A stretch of 64,000 nucleotides of DNA, taken from a virus. The notes beneath the pieces are model-generated. The model was not told the origin of the DNA and did no database searches. It saw only the letters and a list, made by a program, of their open reading frames with translations. The stretch spans positions 67,519-131,518 of the IMG/VR virus record IMGVR_UViG_3300032213_001988; one strand, given 5' to 3'. Shown one piece after another: positions 43,531 to 53,632 of the stretch (position 1 is its first letter; each line of letters begins with the position of its first letter). The position numbers were made by a program, and so were the translations under genes.

Positions 43531-46500
43531 ATGCAGCTCCGCCCAAAAGGCGAGGGAGAGCGCGCACTAAGTAGCAAGACCAAATTATTACTTACCGCAG
43601 GTATGGTAGGTACAGGCGTTGCCCTGTCTTCTTCATCTTCCTACGCAAATGAAAGTACCACCAGTACCCAAAACACGGATACTAGTGGCACTTCAACAAA
43701 TACTACTTCTTCTTCTCAGCAAGGGTCTTCAGCGCCATCACAGTCGCAAGAATCCCAAGGAACGCAAAGTTCGCAAGGAACCCAACAGCAAACGACATCC
43801 AGTCCATCAACATCCCTCTCTTCATCGGTTGATACTAATAGTACCACGTTAACTGCAAAAGTAGAACAAATCAACACAGTTCTATCTACCGTTACCCAAC
43901 CAACCGAGACTGTCACAACAACTGTTGCAAATGCAACCACTCAGGTCACCGAGGCAGCCACAGCCCAACAAGCAACTACTACTGCACAGGCAACCCTTGC
44001 TACTGCGACAACAAGTGTGGCTACCGCAACCCAGGAAGTCGCAACAGCAACCACACAGGTTACGACTGCGCAGGTAGCTGCAGGTGAAGCAGCCAGCACA
44101 GCCGCGACCGCTGAGGCAGCAGTAACTACTGCCACGACAACTTTCTATCAAGAGAACGCAAATCTAGGAACTGCAACCTCTACGCTTTCTACTGCCCAGA
44201 CTACAGCAGCAACTACGCAGGCGGCAGCAGACGCTTCCGCGGCACCAACAACAGTTGTTCGCACTGAGACCTTTACAGGGAATCAGGTCAACAACACATC
44301 TGGCACAGGAGCTGTTGCAGTTGAGATAAATGGAACAACACCCGTTACCTCATCAAATCAGTCAGGAACCTTCATTGGTGGTAACCACAATCCACAGGGT
44401 GGAATTGTTTCCGGTGCAGGTCTTAACCTTCAATTCGCTTCTCAACCAGTTGTTATTCGTTTCCTTAACTCCTCAGTTCATACTGTTGACAAGGTAGAGT
44501 TTGGCGTCTACGCGACAAACGGTGACAGCTCAGCAACTGTTACCTACACCGATGGAACAACATCTAACTTTACAATTGAAAATAACGTTGGAACTCAAAA
44601 CGGTCAGCCAAATACTACGTACACTCACATTGAGACAGTTACCGCTTCCGGTGACAAGAAGATTCACGAGATTCGTCTTAACCCTAATACAAATGACTGG
44701 TACATCGTTGACAACATTGCCGTAACAACACAGGTAGCAGGAACACCAGATCCTCAGGCAATTGCAGCAGCCGAGGCAGCAGCCGCAGCTCTTGTTGCAG
44801 CGCAGGCAGCGTATGACGCACAACTCGCAGTTCGCGATGCATCACATGCAGCGTGGGGCGCAGCGCACGTTGCTGCCAATGCTGCCAACGCAACGCTTGC
44901 AACAGCGACTCAAGCAGTTACCTCTGCAGAGACAGTTTTATCTACTGCGCAGGCAGCTGCGTCTACTGCACAGGCACAGGTTGTTTCTGCCACCATAGAG
45001 GTAGCAGCAGCTACCGTTACTCAAAAGACTGAAGGAGATCAGGCAGCGGTTGCGGTTGCTAACGCGCAGGTTGCAGTATCAAATGCAGTCATTCCAGTTA
45101 TTACTACAACATTGAATGAGACCAAGGCAGTTGACATTACCCCAACAACAATTACAAATACTGTTGTTGCTATTGCTGAAACAGCCATTGCGGATGCAAG
45201 TACTGCAATCGTTGCTGCGGAAACAAAGAAAACTATTGCAGATGGTTTACAGGCAGCTGCAGGTGCAACTACAACTGTTACATCAGCTACCGAGGTTGTT
45301 GCTGACAAGACGCAGGTACTTGCAGCTGCTACTACAGCAGTTGATGCCCAAGAGGTAGTTGTTGATACTGCGCAGGCTGCAAAGGATGCGGCACAGACAG
45401 TTGTTAACGCTGCAACATCACAAGGTTTACAGGTAACCGTCTACAACGTGCAAGGACAAAACAACGCACCAATTGTTAACTCAGGTACTCCTGTTCTTCG
45501 CACGTTTACAGATACAAATGGAGTTAACGAGCAGTGGGGCAGTGGTTTAGTTGCAGGTTCATCTCGTGCAGAAGATGTTGTTGTTAAGTATGAAGGAACA
45601 TGGACACCAACAGAGTCAGGAACACAGGTGTGGCACACACCAGCAGATGACGGTGTAAAACTTTTCCTTGATGGAACACAGGTTGTCTTTGACTGGTTTG
45701 ATAAAGGCGGCGGAGGTTCCGTAATCAACGTGCAAGCTACCGCGGGAACATCAAAGACATTCACGATGTGGTACTACGAAAATGGTGGTGGTGCGTTTGT
45801 TCAGCTTCTGCGTAATACAGGTTCTGGTTGGCAGGTAATCCCTGGAACTGAGTTCACAACATCATCTGCAACTCAAGAACAAAAGAATACACTTGCAGCA
45901 GCGGTTGCAGCTCTTAACACCGAGACAACTATTCTTACGTCTCTTGAGGCAACAGAAGCTCAGGCACAAACAAATCTTACATCTGCGCAGGCAACTCTTG
46001 TTCTAGCCCAGTCCGCTGAGACTGCACGCACAGAGTACGTCTCACTTGCGCAGATAGCAATAACAGCTACCGCCGTTGCAGTTGACGCGGTACAGGACGC
46101 ACAAATTGTTGTGTATCAAACAAAGGCTCAACAGGAAGCAGATCAAGCAGCTGCAGATGCAGCAGCGGCGTATGCAGCTCAAGTTGCTGCTCAGCAACAG
46201 GCAGCACAGATTGCAGCTCAACAAGCAGCATTAAGAGCTCAGGCAGACGCTCAGGCAGCAGAGGCTGCACGTCAAGCAGCGCTAGCAGAGCAGGCAAGAA
46301 TTGCAGCTGAACTTGCTGAGGCACAGGCATTAGCTCAAAAGGCTGCGGCAGAAGCTGCAGAGGCTGCACAACAAGAACAAGCACGTCAACAAGCTATTGA
46401 ATTACAAAAAGCTGCAGCAGAAGAAGCAGCACGTCAACAAGCGTTAGCAGAAGCTGCTAAGGTTGCAGCGGAGGCTGCGGCGGCTCAAGCTGCTCTTGAC

Positions 46501-47796
46501 GCAGAGGCGGCTGCTGTTGCAGAGGCTGCTCGTCTTGCAGCTGAGTTAGCTGCTCAGCAACAAGCTCAACAAGATGCTGATCAGTCGAACTCAAACTCAG
46601 ATGCCACTGAATCCACTGATAATACGGATCCGAATACAGACTCATCTAATCAGAATCCGGATCAAGATCAAGATCCTCAAGGGCCTGACTCAGAGACCGA
46701 GCAGCCAGGTGACCAAGAAGAGCAGCCAGGAGACCAAACAGACTCGTCGCAAGAACAAACAAACCCAGACGATGACTCTTCTTCAACTGACGACTCCTCT
46801 AATCCAACGGATGAAACTGATACCAACACTGAAGATAATTCTGAAGACTCAGAAGCTGAGACTCCAGACACAGAAGATCCAGAGACAACTGATCCGACTG
46901 AGAATCCAGATGATTCAGAGTCGTCTCAAGAAGAGGATGTTCCACTAGAAGATAATAACACTTCTGAGGAAGAAGTAAACGCCGAGGTTGATGACGCTCT
47001 TGAAGACGGAAAAGTTACTGCCGACGAGGTTGAAGCTATTGCCGAGTCAATGGCAGCTGACGGAGAAGTTAGCGCGGAGGAAACAGATCAACTCGTTGAA
47101 GCTCTATCCGAGGACGGAAAACTTACAACCAATGAGGTTGCATCTGTTCTTGACGCTCTCGCAGGAGACGGTGAAGTTTCCAAGGAGGATGTTGCGGCAA
47201 TCGTTGCGCTTGTCTCCGGTGATGGCAACCTAACCAATGCTGAAAAAGATATTGTTGCAGATGCGCTCGTTGAACAGTTTGCCGGTGAAAAGGGTGTAGA
47301 TGTTAACGCGGTTGCAGAGGCAGGCATTGACCTTGCAGATCTACCTCCTGATACACCTATTGAACTTAATAACGGCGTGGTAATTACCGCCGAGGTTGGC
47401 AATGCTTTTGAGACACTTGCGAACCCTGACGAGTTACTTGGCGCAATACTCACAGACCCTGGACAGGTCCTCTTAGCCCTTGGAAGTCTGGGCGCGGATA
47501 TGTCTGAGGAGGAACGTCGAGAGTCCGAGCAAGTCATTGTGGCAGCCGTTGTTGCTACAGGTATTGCCGTTCAATCAGCGGTTGCAGCGGCGGGAGCAGC
47601 AACTCAGGCAGCGGCGGCTGCAGCAACTTCTGGAGGCGGTGCTCCTTCAGGTGGAGGATCTAAGGGTGGCGGTGCAGGTGGACCTGCTGCTCCACGTAAC
47701 GATGCAGGTGGTCCTGTTGGACGTGAAGGCGGCACCAAACCTAAGAAGACAGTTAAGAAACAAAATAAAATAAGAATAAGAAGGAGACCTAAATAA
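43531..47796 (+). CDS. 1421-aa secreted/membrane-anchored Ala/Thr-rich protein with PA14 domain
   Basis: Signal-like N-terminus. PA14 motifs ADDGVKLFLDG and YYENGGGA. Ala/Gln coiled coil, acidic linker, DGxxxxxE repeats, C-terminal hydrophobic helix and basic tail. Confidence 0.85.
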   Translation: MQLRPKGEGERALSSKTKLLLTAGMVGTGVALSSSSSYANESTTSTQNTDTSGTSTNTTSSSQQGSSAPSQSQESQGTQSSQGTQQQTTSSPSTSLSSSVDTNSTTLTAKVEQINTVLSTVTQPTETVTTTVANATTQVTEAATAQQATTTAQATLATATTSVATATQEVATATTQVTTAQVAAGEAASTAATAEAAVTTATTTFYQENANLGTATSTLSTAQTTAATTQAAADASAAPTTVVRTETFTGNQVNNTSGTGAVAVEINGTTPVTSSNQSGTFIGGNHNPQGGIVSGAGLNLQFASQPVVIRFLNSSVHTVDKVEFGVYATNGDSSATVTYTDGTTSNFTIENNVGTQNGQPNTTYTHIETVTASGDKKIHEIRLNPNTNDWYIVDNIAVTTQVAGTPDPQAIAAAEAAAAALVAAQAAYDAQLAVRDASHAAWGAAHVAANAANATLATATQAVTSAETVLSTAQAAASTAQAQVVSATIEVAAATVTQKTEGDQAAVAVANAQVAVSNAVIPVITTTLNETKAVDITPTTITNTVVAIAETAIADASTAIVAAETKKTIADGLQAAAGATTTVTSATEVVADKTQVLAAATTAVDAQEVVVDTAQAAKDAAQTVVNAATSQGLQVTVYNVQGQNNAPIVNSGTPVLRTFTDTNGVNEQWGSGLVAGSSRAEDVVVKYEGTWTPTESGTQVWHTPADDGVKLFLDGTQVVFDWFDKGGGGSVINVQATAGTSKTFTMWYYENGGGAFVQLLRNTGSGWQVIPGTEFTTSSATQEQKNTLAAAVAALNTETTILTSLEATEAQAQTNLTSAQATLVLAQSAETARTEYVSLAQIAITATAVAVDAVQDAQIVVYQTKAQQEADQAAADAAAAYAAQVAAQQQAAQIAAQQAALRAQADAQAAEAARQAALAEQARIAAELAEAQALAQKAAAEAAEAAQQEQARQQAIELQKAAAEEAARQQALAEAAKVAAEAAAAQAALDAEAAAVAEAARLAAELAAQQQAQQDADQSNSNSDATESTDNTDPNTDSSNQNPDQDQDPQGPDSETEQPGDQEEQPGDQTDSSQEQTNPDDDSSSTDDSSNPTDETDTNTEDNSEDSEAETPDTEDPETTDPTENPDDSESSQEEDVPLEDNNTSEEEVNAEVDDALEDGKVTADEVEAIAESMAADGEVSAEETDQLVEALSEDGKLTTNEVASVLDALAGDGEVSKEDVAAIVALVSGDGNLTNAEKDIVADALVEQFAGEKGVDVNAVAEAGIDLADLPPDTPIELNNGVVITAEVGNAFETLANPDELLGAILTDPGQVLLALGSLGADMSEEERRESEQVIVAAVVATGIAVQSAVAAAGAATQAAAAAATSGGGAPSGGGSKGGGAGGPAAPRNDAGGPVGREGGTKPKKTVKKQNKIRIRRRPK

Positions 47797-47975
47797 TGAA
47801 AGACTTTATCCGCGACATGCTTGACCAGACATGGACGCTACTTGGCATGTTTATTGCCTGGCTAGTTCTTGATGGATCAGCTCGCACAATTGTTGGTTAC
47901 GCTATTATCTGGTCTACCTTCATCTGGGTAGCAACCTATCGTATTCGTAATCCAAAAGAAGACGACGAAGAATGA
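47796..47975 (+). CDS. Small two-TM protein (59 aa)
   Basis: Hand-translated MKDFIRDMLDQTWTLLGMFIAWLVLDGSA...; TAATG overlap. Confidence 0.75.
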   Translation: MKDFIRDMLDQTWTLLGMFIAWLVLDGSARTIVGYAIIWSTFIWVATYRIRNPKEDDEE

Positions 47976-48241
47976 AAAAGATTTTATTCCTTGCATCTCT
48001 TCTTTTAATAACAACCTCACTCCCTGCTCAGGCTGAAAACACGCCACCTGTCTTAGTTGTTGACAAGTGCCCAGAGTTTTGTCCTCCAGGAGTTACTGTT
48101 CCAAACATTAAAGGACCAGTTAATCCGCCTAAGCGTGTGTGTGCTCAAGTTCTTATTCCTGTTCCAGGAAAAAGAGGTTGGTTTTGGACTGATTCGTGCA
48201 AGACAAAAATGGTTAACAGTAACACCGGGAAAAAGCGCTAA
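47972..48241 (+). CDS. Small secreted protein
   Basis: Signal peptide MKKILFLASLLLITTSLPAQA. Confidence 0.65.
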   Translation: MKKILFLASLLLITTSLPAQAENTPPVLVVDKCPEFCPPGVTVPNIKGPVNPPKRVCAQVLIPVPGKRGWFWTDSCKTKMVNSNTGKKR

Positions 48242-48273
48242 TAAAACACTAAGGGGACTAAGGGGAGAATCAC

Positions 48274-48435
48274 ATGCACGACCACAACGTAGAGCTTGTT
48301 GCATCTTCTTCCTCAGGAATTAGCTCAATGACAGTCATGTGGATCCTTATGGGAATCATGGCTGTTCACCATCTCCTCATGTGGAGAGAGATGAAGAAGA
48401 TGAAAAACAAAAAGGAGTGTGGCTGCAATGTATGA
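48274..48435 (+). CDS. Small single-TM protein (53 aa)
   Basis: Hand-translated; GGGGAG RBS. Confidence 0.5.
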   Translation: MHDHNVELVASSSSGISSMTVMWILMGIMAVHHLLMWREMKKMKNKKECGCNV

Positions 48436-48898
48436 GTATCACGTAAGAAAAGTAACTAAGGTAGTAGACGGGGACACCATTGATGTTGACATTGATCTTG
48501 GTTTTGACATTTCATTTTCTTCCCGTGTTCGTCTTGCAGGTATCGACACTCCTGAGTCTCGCACCACTGACAAGATGGAAAAGGCGCTTGGCTTAGAGGT
48601 CAAGAAGAAACTTACTGATCTTATTGCTAACGCAAAAAGCATTGTTATTCGCACAGAGAAGATGGATTCAAGTGAGAAGTATGGAAGAATCCTTGGCTGG
48701 CTTTATCTTGATGGTGAAGCCCTATCAGTGAATGAAGCTCTTGTTGCAGGTGGATACGCCTGGGGCTACCTCGGTGATACGAAGGTTAAGGACTTTGACG
48801 CTCTCTTGAACATCAGAAAGACTAACGAAATGAGAGACTCCTTAGCTTTAAAGTACCCGCCGGTTGATCCAAAAGAATCAGGCAAATCAAAGAAGTAG
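48428..48898 (+). CDS. Thermonuclease (SNase-like)
   Basis: KVVDGDTIDV...VRLAGIDTPE...KYGRILG. Confidence 0.9.
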   Translation: MYEYHVRKVTKVVDGDTIDVDIDLGFDISFSSRVRLAGIDTPESRTTDKMEKALGLEVKKKLTDLIANAKSIVIRTEKMDSSEKYGRILGWLYLDGEALSVNEALVAGGYAWGYLGDTKVKDFDALLNIRKTNEMRDSLALKYPPVDPKESGKSKK

Positions 48899-48950
48899 CT
48901 TAAGTTGTATAAATCCTCCAGTTCACGTTATAATAAAACCACTAACGTGA

Positions 48951-49277
48951 ATGATACAAGGAGGAATATACATGGCTGCGCTCGCGGTCGAGATAGTAAA
49001 TGTAGACGAGGACGCAGCCGAGAAGGTGGCGCGTCAAGCTATAGACCTAATCTCGAAGATAGCAAAGGTAAATAGTAAGACTCTAGAAGTACAACCACAC
49101 GACGATTATCGTGGTGTTTGGTTGCGAGTCGATATTGAATTACCAAGCGATGTTAATAAGTCGTATAAGACCTCCCTTGTGTCTACACTAAAAGGGATAA
49201 TTGAAAATTCACTTTATCTAAACAATAAGGCTGGGATCCACGTGTCCATAGGAGAAACTACAAAGGGAGATAAATAA
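48951..49277 (+). CDS. Hypothetical protein
   Basis: TATAAT upstream; probable ATG at about 48972. Confidence 0.65.
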   Translation: MIQGGIYMAALAVEIVNVDEDAAEKVARQAIDLISKIAKVNSKTLEVQPHDDYRGVWLRVDIELPSDVNKSYKTSLVSTLKGIIENSLYLNNKAGIHVSIGETTKGDK

Positions 49278-49759
49278 TGCCGACTGCGGCACCAGATAAA
49301 CTGTTGGAAACATATTCAAAGAAGATTAAACCAATCTTGCCACTGGCAAAGAAAGCTTTCGGATCGAGAACACACATGACACCAGAACATAAGGCTAGTC
49401 GTGAGTACACTGAATTACTTGTAGAGTACTACAAGAAGGGTGGATCTCTAGTTGCACTAGCAGAAGAACTAGGCGTTACCTATGCAGGGTTGCGTCGTCG
49501 TGTTATTACAGCGGACATTCCCGCTGAGCCAACACGCAAACGAAGTGTGCTAACAGATGCACAAACACAAAAGGGTATTGAGAGAATCAAAAAGGCTAAG
49601 GAAAAATCACCAGACGCTTACCACGATGCGCTTGCAGCTGAGTATGACAAAGGCATCTCTCTTGCAAAGGTTGCATTAGCTCTAAACATCTCTTCATCTC
49701 AACCACTGTACTGGGGAGTACACCGTGCCAAACTTAGAGAACAATCACCTCTCGATTAA
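49277..49759 (+). CDS. Double HTH DNA-binding protein
   Basis: GGSLVALAEELGVTYAGLRRRV and GISLAKVALAL. Confidence 0.8.
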   Translation: MPTAAPDKLLETYSKKIKPILPLAKKAFGSRTHMTPEHKASREYTELLVEYYKKGGSLVALAEELGVTYAGLRRRVITADIPAEPTRKRSVLTDAQTQKGIERIKKAKEKSPDAYHDALAAEYDKGISLAKVALALNISSSQPLYWGVHRAKLREQSPLD

Positions 49760-49916
49760 GAAGACACCACATACGTATCTTATCTGCATTGAATGCAAAG
49801 GTAAGGTTGCGTATCGTAGGACTCATCTCTGGGATGAGACTGCACAAGGACATCGGTGCCAGGACTGCTGGTATCTATTTATTGACGGACGAGGACAGGA
49901 AAAACAAGTACAATGA
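49725..49916 (+). CDS. Possible small zinc-finger protein
   Basis: CIEC...CQDC; start uncertain. Confidence 0.4.
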   Translation: MPNLENNHLSIKKTPHTYLICIECKGKVAYRRTHLWDETAQGHRCQDCWYLFIDGRGQEKQVQ

Positions 49917-49931
49917 ACAGGATGAACCGAG

Positions 49932-50306
49932 ATGAATAGAGAATCGTTTAGAAAGTACGTGAAGTACGCTAAGTCAAAGGGAATTGACGTGAACAATCCT
50001 GACTTAGGTATTGTTACACATCACTACGAGTCTGACTACATACAGGTCATTACCGAGCAGAGTTCATATCTAATTGACCTTAAAGGTAAGCGCGCACTTC
50101 GTATTCCAGGTGATGATGCGTCTCATCAAAGCACTGATGACATCTGGTATGGATACGACACGATTTACTCGTGTTCAGTATCCTTCCCTCTGCGTATGAC
50201 GTGGCAGGACGGTGATAATCTCATTATGAGAACTACCACACCAATCACAGTTGTTAATGAGCTATCAGCATCCGAGGCGCTCGCGATTGCAGGTAGACTA
50301 GAATGA
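49932..50306 (+). CDS. Hypothetical protein
   Basis: 124-aa ORF in the plus-strand operon. Confidence 0.7.
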   Translation: MNRESFRKYVKYAKSKGIDVNNPDLGIVTHHYESDYIQVITEQSSYLIDLKGKRALRIPGDDASHQSTDDIWYGYDTIYSCSVSFPLRMTWQDGDNLIMRTTTPITVVNELSASEALAIAGRLE

Positions 50307-50494
50307 TAACTCTGTTAGCAATAATTGTTACCTGGTATCTCTCTAAGGTTTTCTACACTAAGAAACTCTCTATTGACTTTAACAATCTAGCCGAGCGAGG
50401 TCTCTGCCAGCTCAAGTGCTATAAATGTGCTAGAACACATGTTGTTAAAGAAGAACACAGAAGAAACCCCTTCTATTGCAACGGCTGTAAATAA
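50303..50494 (+). CDS. Small TM plus zinc-ribbon protein
   Basis: CYKC...CNGC. Confidence 0.65.
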   Translation: MITLLAIIVTWYLSKVFYTKKLSIDFNNLAERGLCQLKCYKCARTHVVKEEHRRNPFYCNGCK

Positions 50495-50742
50495 TGACGC
50501 CTAAGAAAAAACAAGAGCTACCCGTCTTTGTCGTAGTTGATATGCCAGAGTGGAAGACTAAGATTCTCAACGTCATGCTTTGGCTTCTACGAATTAAAGG
50601 TCAAGCTTGGGTAATTGCGGTTGAAGGAACCGGCTTTACCTATGATGGTAATTATTACACAGACACAACAACCAACACAAAGATATCAAGAAAGGTTCTC
50701 AATGATTCCAATAAAAGTAAAAAAGAACAAAAAGAATCCTAA
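50494..50742 (+). CDS. Hypothetical protein
   Basis: TAATG overlap. Confidence 0.6.
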   Translation: MTPKKKQELPVFVVVDMPEWKTKILNVMLWLLRIKGQAWVIAVEGTGFTYDGNYYTDTTTNTKISRKVLNDSNKSKKEQKES

Positions 50743-50986
50743 ATCGATCTACTACGAGCCATCTGATGAAGAGCTTCGCGCTCGTGGTTACATGACCACA
50801 GACGAGTTTGTTGACACACTTATCCCTGGACTTAAGGATTACATGGCAAACAACTGGCGTTTTGGTGGAGAAGATAATCTTCATCACCCTGCAGATCTAG
50901 CATCAACAGCAAGTATCTACACTGATAGTCTTTACAACATCATAGAGACGTTTGGTGTTCAACCATATAAGAGAGAAGGTTTCTAG
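50702..50986 (+). CDS. Hypothetical protein
   Basis: Start uncertain (ATG 50702 chosen). Confidence 0.55.
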   Translation: MIPIKVKKNKKNPKSIYYEPSDEELRARGYMTTDEFVDTLIPGLKDYMANNWRFGGEDNLHHPADLASTASIYTDSLYNIIETFGVQPYKREGF

Positions 50987-51162
50987 TGGATATCGCAAAG
51001 GAAAGCACAAAGAAGATTCGGCAGCTCGAGTTTGTTGTAAACGAACTTCAACAGCGTCTAGGGCAAATTGCAATGTCCTATGAGCTTGAGGTTGCAATGC
51101 TAAAGTCAAACGTAGTAGAGCTAACAAATGCGCTTAAGACTCAGGCAGAAGAGGTTGATTAG
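50986..51162 (+). CDS. Small coiled-coil protein (58 aa)
   Basis: TAGTG overlap; heptad pattern. Confidence 0.55.
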   Translation: MDIAKESTKKIRQLEFVVNELQQRLGQIAMSYELEVAMLKSNVVELTNALKTQAEEVD

Positions 51163-51168
51163 ATCTAA

Positions 51169-51870
51169 ATGAATCTAGAGATCTACTACCCACAGGAGGA
51201 CTACAAACCTGAGATATATCAGTCAAGTCCTAAACGTCCTTGGATGGATGCAGCAGGAGATAAGCATCCTTATAAGTGCATTCCTGTTGTGCGAGCAAAC
51301 TCCCACGGTTGGGAGATGCGGCTTCCTCAAGATGTAACAGTTTGGTGGGACGGCGGAGAGCTCCCTGGTGCAGTAACATTTGATGATAGTTCTCATGAAT
51401 ACGAAACAGGACACCCTCTTGTTAGTAACAACTTAGGTAGTGGAGTTCTTAGTTTTATAGTCTATGCATTAGTAAAAACACCAAAACCATACAACCTATA
51501 CGTTACAGGAGCTCCTAATTCTCTTATCCGTGGCGCAGTGCCGTTGACTGGTGTAGTAGAAACGTGGTGGTCACCATACACATTTACAATGAATTGGAAG
51601 CTTAGATATACAGATCGTCCAGTGACATTTCCAAAAGGCTTTCCATTTGTGCATTTCTTTCCAATAAACTCCGTAGAGCTTGAACAATGGGAACCAGTCT
51701 ACAAGGACATAAAGGATCACGAGTACGCAGATGAATACCTAGAATGGAATACGGATAGATATCTGAATCCAACTAAAAGACATGATTATTACAAGCATGG
51801 AACTCTTCCAAATGGCTGCCCAATAGCAGACCCAGAGTTTCACAAGTTAAAGCTAAACTTAAACGACTAG
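51169..51870 (+). CDS. DUF6065-like protein
   Basis: RPWMD...YKCIPVVRANSHGW...TGVVETWWSPYTFTMNWK...PF..FFP. Confidence 0.8.
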   Translation: MNLEIYYPQEDYKPEIYQSSPKRPWMDAAGDKHPYKCIPVVRANSHGWEMRLPQDVTVWWDGGELPGAVTFDDSSHEYETGHPLVSNNLGSGVLSFIVYALVKTPKPYNLYVTGAPNSLIRGAVPLTGVVETWWSPYTFTMNWKLRYTDRPVTFPKGFPFVHFFPINSVELEQWEPVYKDIKDHEYADEYLEWNTDRYLNPTKRHDYYKHGTLPNGCPIADPEFHKLKLNLND

Positions 51871-51968
51871 TTGTGTTTTTCTTCACACATTCTTGCTAGA
51901 TCAGGAACTACCCAACGTTTTCCACATACAGAGCACGTCCACTGCTTAAGGCGTTCTGCGTCACTCAC
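51867..51968 (-). CDS. Small zinc-binding protein (33 aa)
   Basis: WTCSVCGKRWVVPDLARMCEEKH. Confidence 0.55.
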   Translation of the reverse strand: MSDAERLKQWTCSVCGKRWVVPDLARMCEEKHN

Positions 51969-52056
51969 GCTCCACCCACCAGAAACCAATAAGTGTAGCA
52001 ACAACTAAAGTTACGATAGCCACTCCTTGGAATGTGATGTGAGTTAAGTAATACAT
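51961..52056 (-). CDS. Small TM peptide (31 aa)
   Basis: MYYLTHITFQGVAIVTLVV... Confidence 0.45.
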   Translation of the reverse strand: MYYLTHITFQGVAIVTLVVATLIGFWWVERE

Positions 52057-52342
52057 TTATCCGAATGTCTTATCCCAACCAGGGCCATCTGGTAATCCTA
52101 CTATTAGTCCAGTTACAGGAGAGTGGCAATGTGGTGCAAAAATTGAGTGGTTTGCGTAGTGTGTATAATGCCAATTCCAATGTGAGCCAAGTGTAGTATC
52201 ACTCATAAGAACTAAAGCAGAACATATGCCACACAAACCTACTGGCCCGACATAACCACAACTAGGGTTAGGGTTTTCAAATACAACTTGGCATGAAGAT
52301 TTGAACGCTTCCCAATCTTCTATTAGATTACTAATTGTTCAT
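52057..52342 (-). pseudogene. Cys/His-rich ORF with apparent frameshift right after its ATG
   Basis: ATG-AAC-AAT-TAG at 52342. Removing one A gives MTISNLIEDW... open for 94 codons. Confidence 0.35.
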
Positions 52343-52917
52343 CACTTCCCACAGGTAGGACACTTCGTTGTTTTTGCGGCTGAAGATTTTGCAGCAGCTG
52401 GTTTAGCAGCAGGTGCACTACCAAACTTAGGACGACCAAAGCCTACAATTGAAATCATTACTCCAGCCTTGTTCTTCTTAAAGGCACGAAGTTGCTTGCA
52501 CACTTCTCCGCCATTTCTTTGGCTTCCAGATTTCTTCGATGACGTATTGCCTTCGATACACCAAACAGTCCCATCTTCATTATCCTTTACAACTATACCT
52601 ACATGTGAAATTCGGTCTACGCCGTCTGATGGGAAGTCAAAGTAAACAATGTCGCCTGGTTCTGGATCTGCAAGATCTCCGTCAATCCACTGCCCAGCTT
52701 TCTTAAACGCCTGTGCTCCACCTGGAGTGTACACAGTGTTAGGCACCTTTACTCCAGCTTCATTAGCGCACCAGTTTATAAAGCTTCCACACCAAGGTTG
52801 AAAGTTAGCCTTAGTATAAGCGCCATACTTTGTTTCATTGTCCTTAGGACCTTCAATGGTTCCAAGCTCTGCTGTAGCAACCTCAATTAAACGAGCTGCT
52901 GTACCTTGTTCTGCCAC
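52342..52917 (-). CDS. CHAP-domain endolysin/amidase
   Basis: PWCGSFINWC...PGDIVYF...SHVGIV...CIEGNTS. Confidence 0.9.
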   Translation of the reverse strand: MAEQGTAARLIEVATAELGTIEGPKDNETKYGAYTKANFQPWCGSFINWCANEAGVKVPNTVYTPGGAQAFKKAGQWIDGDLADPEPGDIVYFDFPSDGVDRISHVGIVVKDNEDGTVWCIEGNTSSKKSGSQRNGGEVCKQLRAFKKNKAGVMISIVGFGRPKFGSAPAAKPAAAKSSAAKTTKCPTCGK

Positions 52918-52986
52918 TTTTACTTGCCTCCCTTAGGCTTTGGCTTTGGCTTAGGCTTTGACTTACATCCACACGTTGCGCACATA

Positions 52987-53394
52987 TTATTTATCCCAAT
53001 CTGCATCAACTGGTTGTTCTTCTGGCATTGCGCCATCTGGCTTAGCAGCTAAACGGGCTGCGGTTGCATCAATCTCTGCCTCAAGCTTCTTATCAGCCTG
53101 GGTGTTCTTAGCGTCCATTTCCTTATTGGCAAGTTGCGCAGACATAATGTCCTTTGCGCCGGAGTTACCAATTAGTAATCCTGCAAGGGTTCCTGTAATG
53201 AATGTGGCAACGCTTCCTAGCACGTTAAAGAACATTTTGTCGTTCTCTGACTGTGCGCCAATTGGCTGCGTTACGAAGATTAGTGCGTAGAGAATTCCAA
53301 GGGTTGTAGCCAATAGAATAGTTCCAAGCGTAATACCAAGTATAAACTTAAGTCGCGCGTCTAAATCAGCTGCGGTGTATTTGTCTCTAGCCAT
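52987..53394 (-). CDS. Two-TM membrane protein with coiled-coil tail
   Basis: Start re-called to MARDK; overlaps the lipoprotein stop. Confidence 0.75.
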   Translation of the reverse strand: MARDKYTAADLDARLKFILGITLGTILLATTLGILYALIFVTQPIGAQSENDKMFFNVLGSVATFITGTLAGLLIGNSGAKDIMSAQLANKEMDAKNTQADKKLEAEIDATAARLAAKPDGAMPEEQPVDADWDK

Positions 53395-53632
53395 TTGTTC
53401 CTCCCGTTGTTGAAGATGAACCATCCGTTGGAGCGGCAGGGTCAAATCCAAGTATGTCCTTCGTGCATAATCCTAACGCTAAGCACTCAGGAACTACACA
53501 CTCTTTGGCCTCCCAGTTTACAGGATCTTGGCACTTATAACGATAACCGCCTTGATACCCACAACTAGAAAGTAGTAAGGCTACTAGTGTAGCGCCTACA
53601 ATTGTGGCACTCTTAATATAAACTTTTTTCAT
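53387..53632 (-). CDS. Small lipoprotein
   Basis: Lipobox LLSSC; YRYKCQDP.NW...C..PEC...C. Confidence 0.75.
   Translation of the reverse strand: MKKVYIKSATIVGATLVALLLSSCGYQGGYRYKCQDPVNWEAKECVVPECLALGLCTKDILGFDPAAPTDGSSSTTGGTNG

Noticed and set aside
43716-47773. Alternate-frame ORFs inside the 1421-aa gene
   Set aside because: Artefacts of low-complexity Ala/Thr codon repeats.
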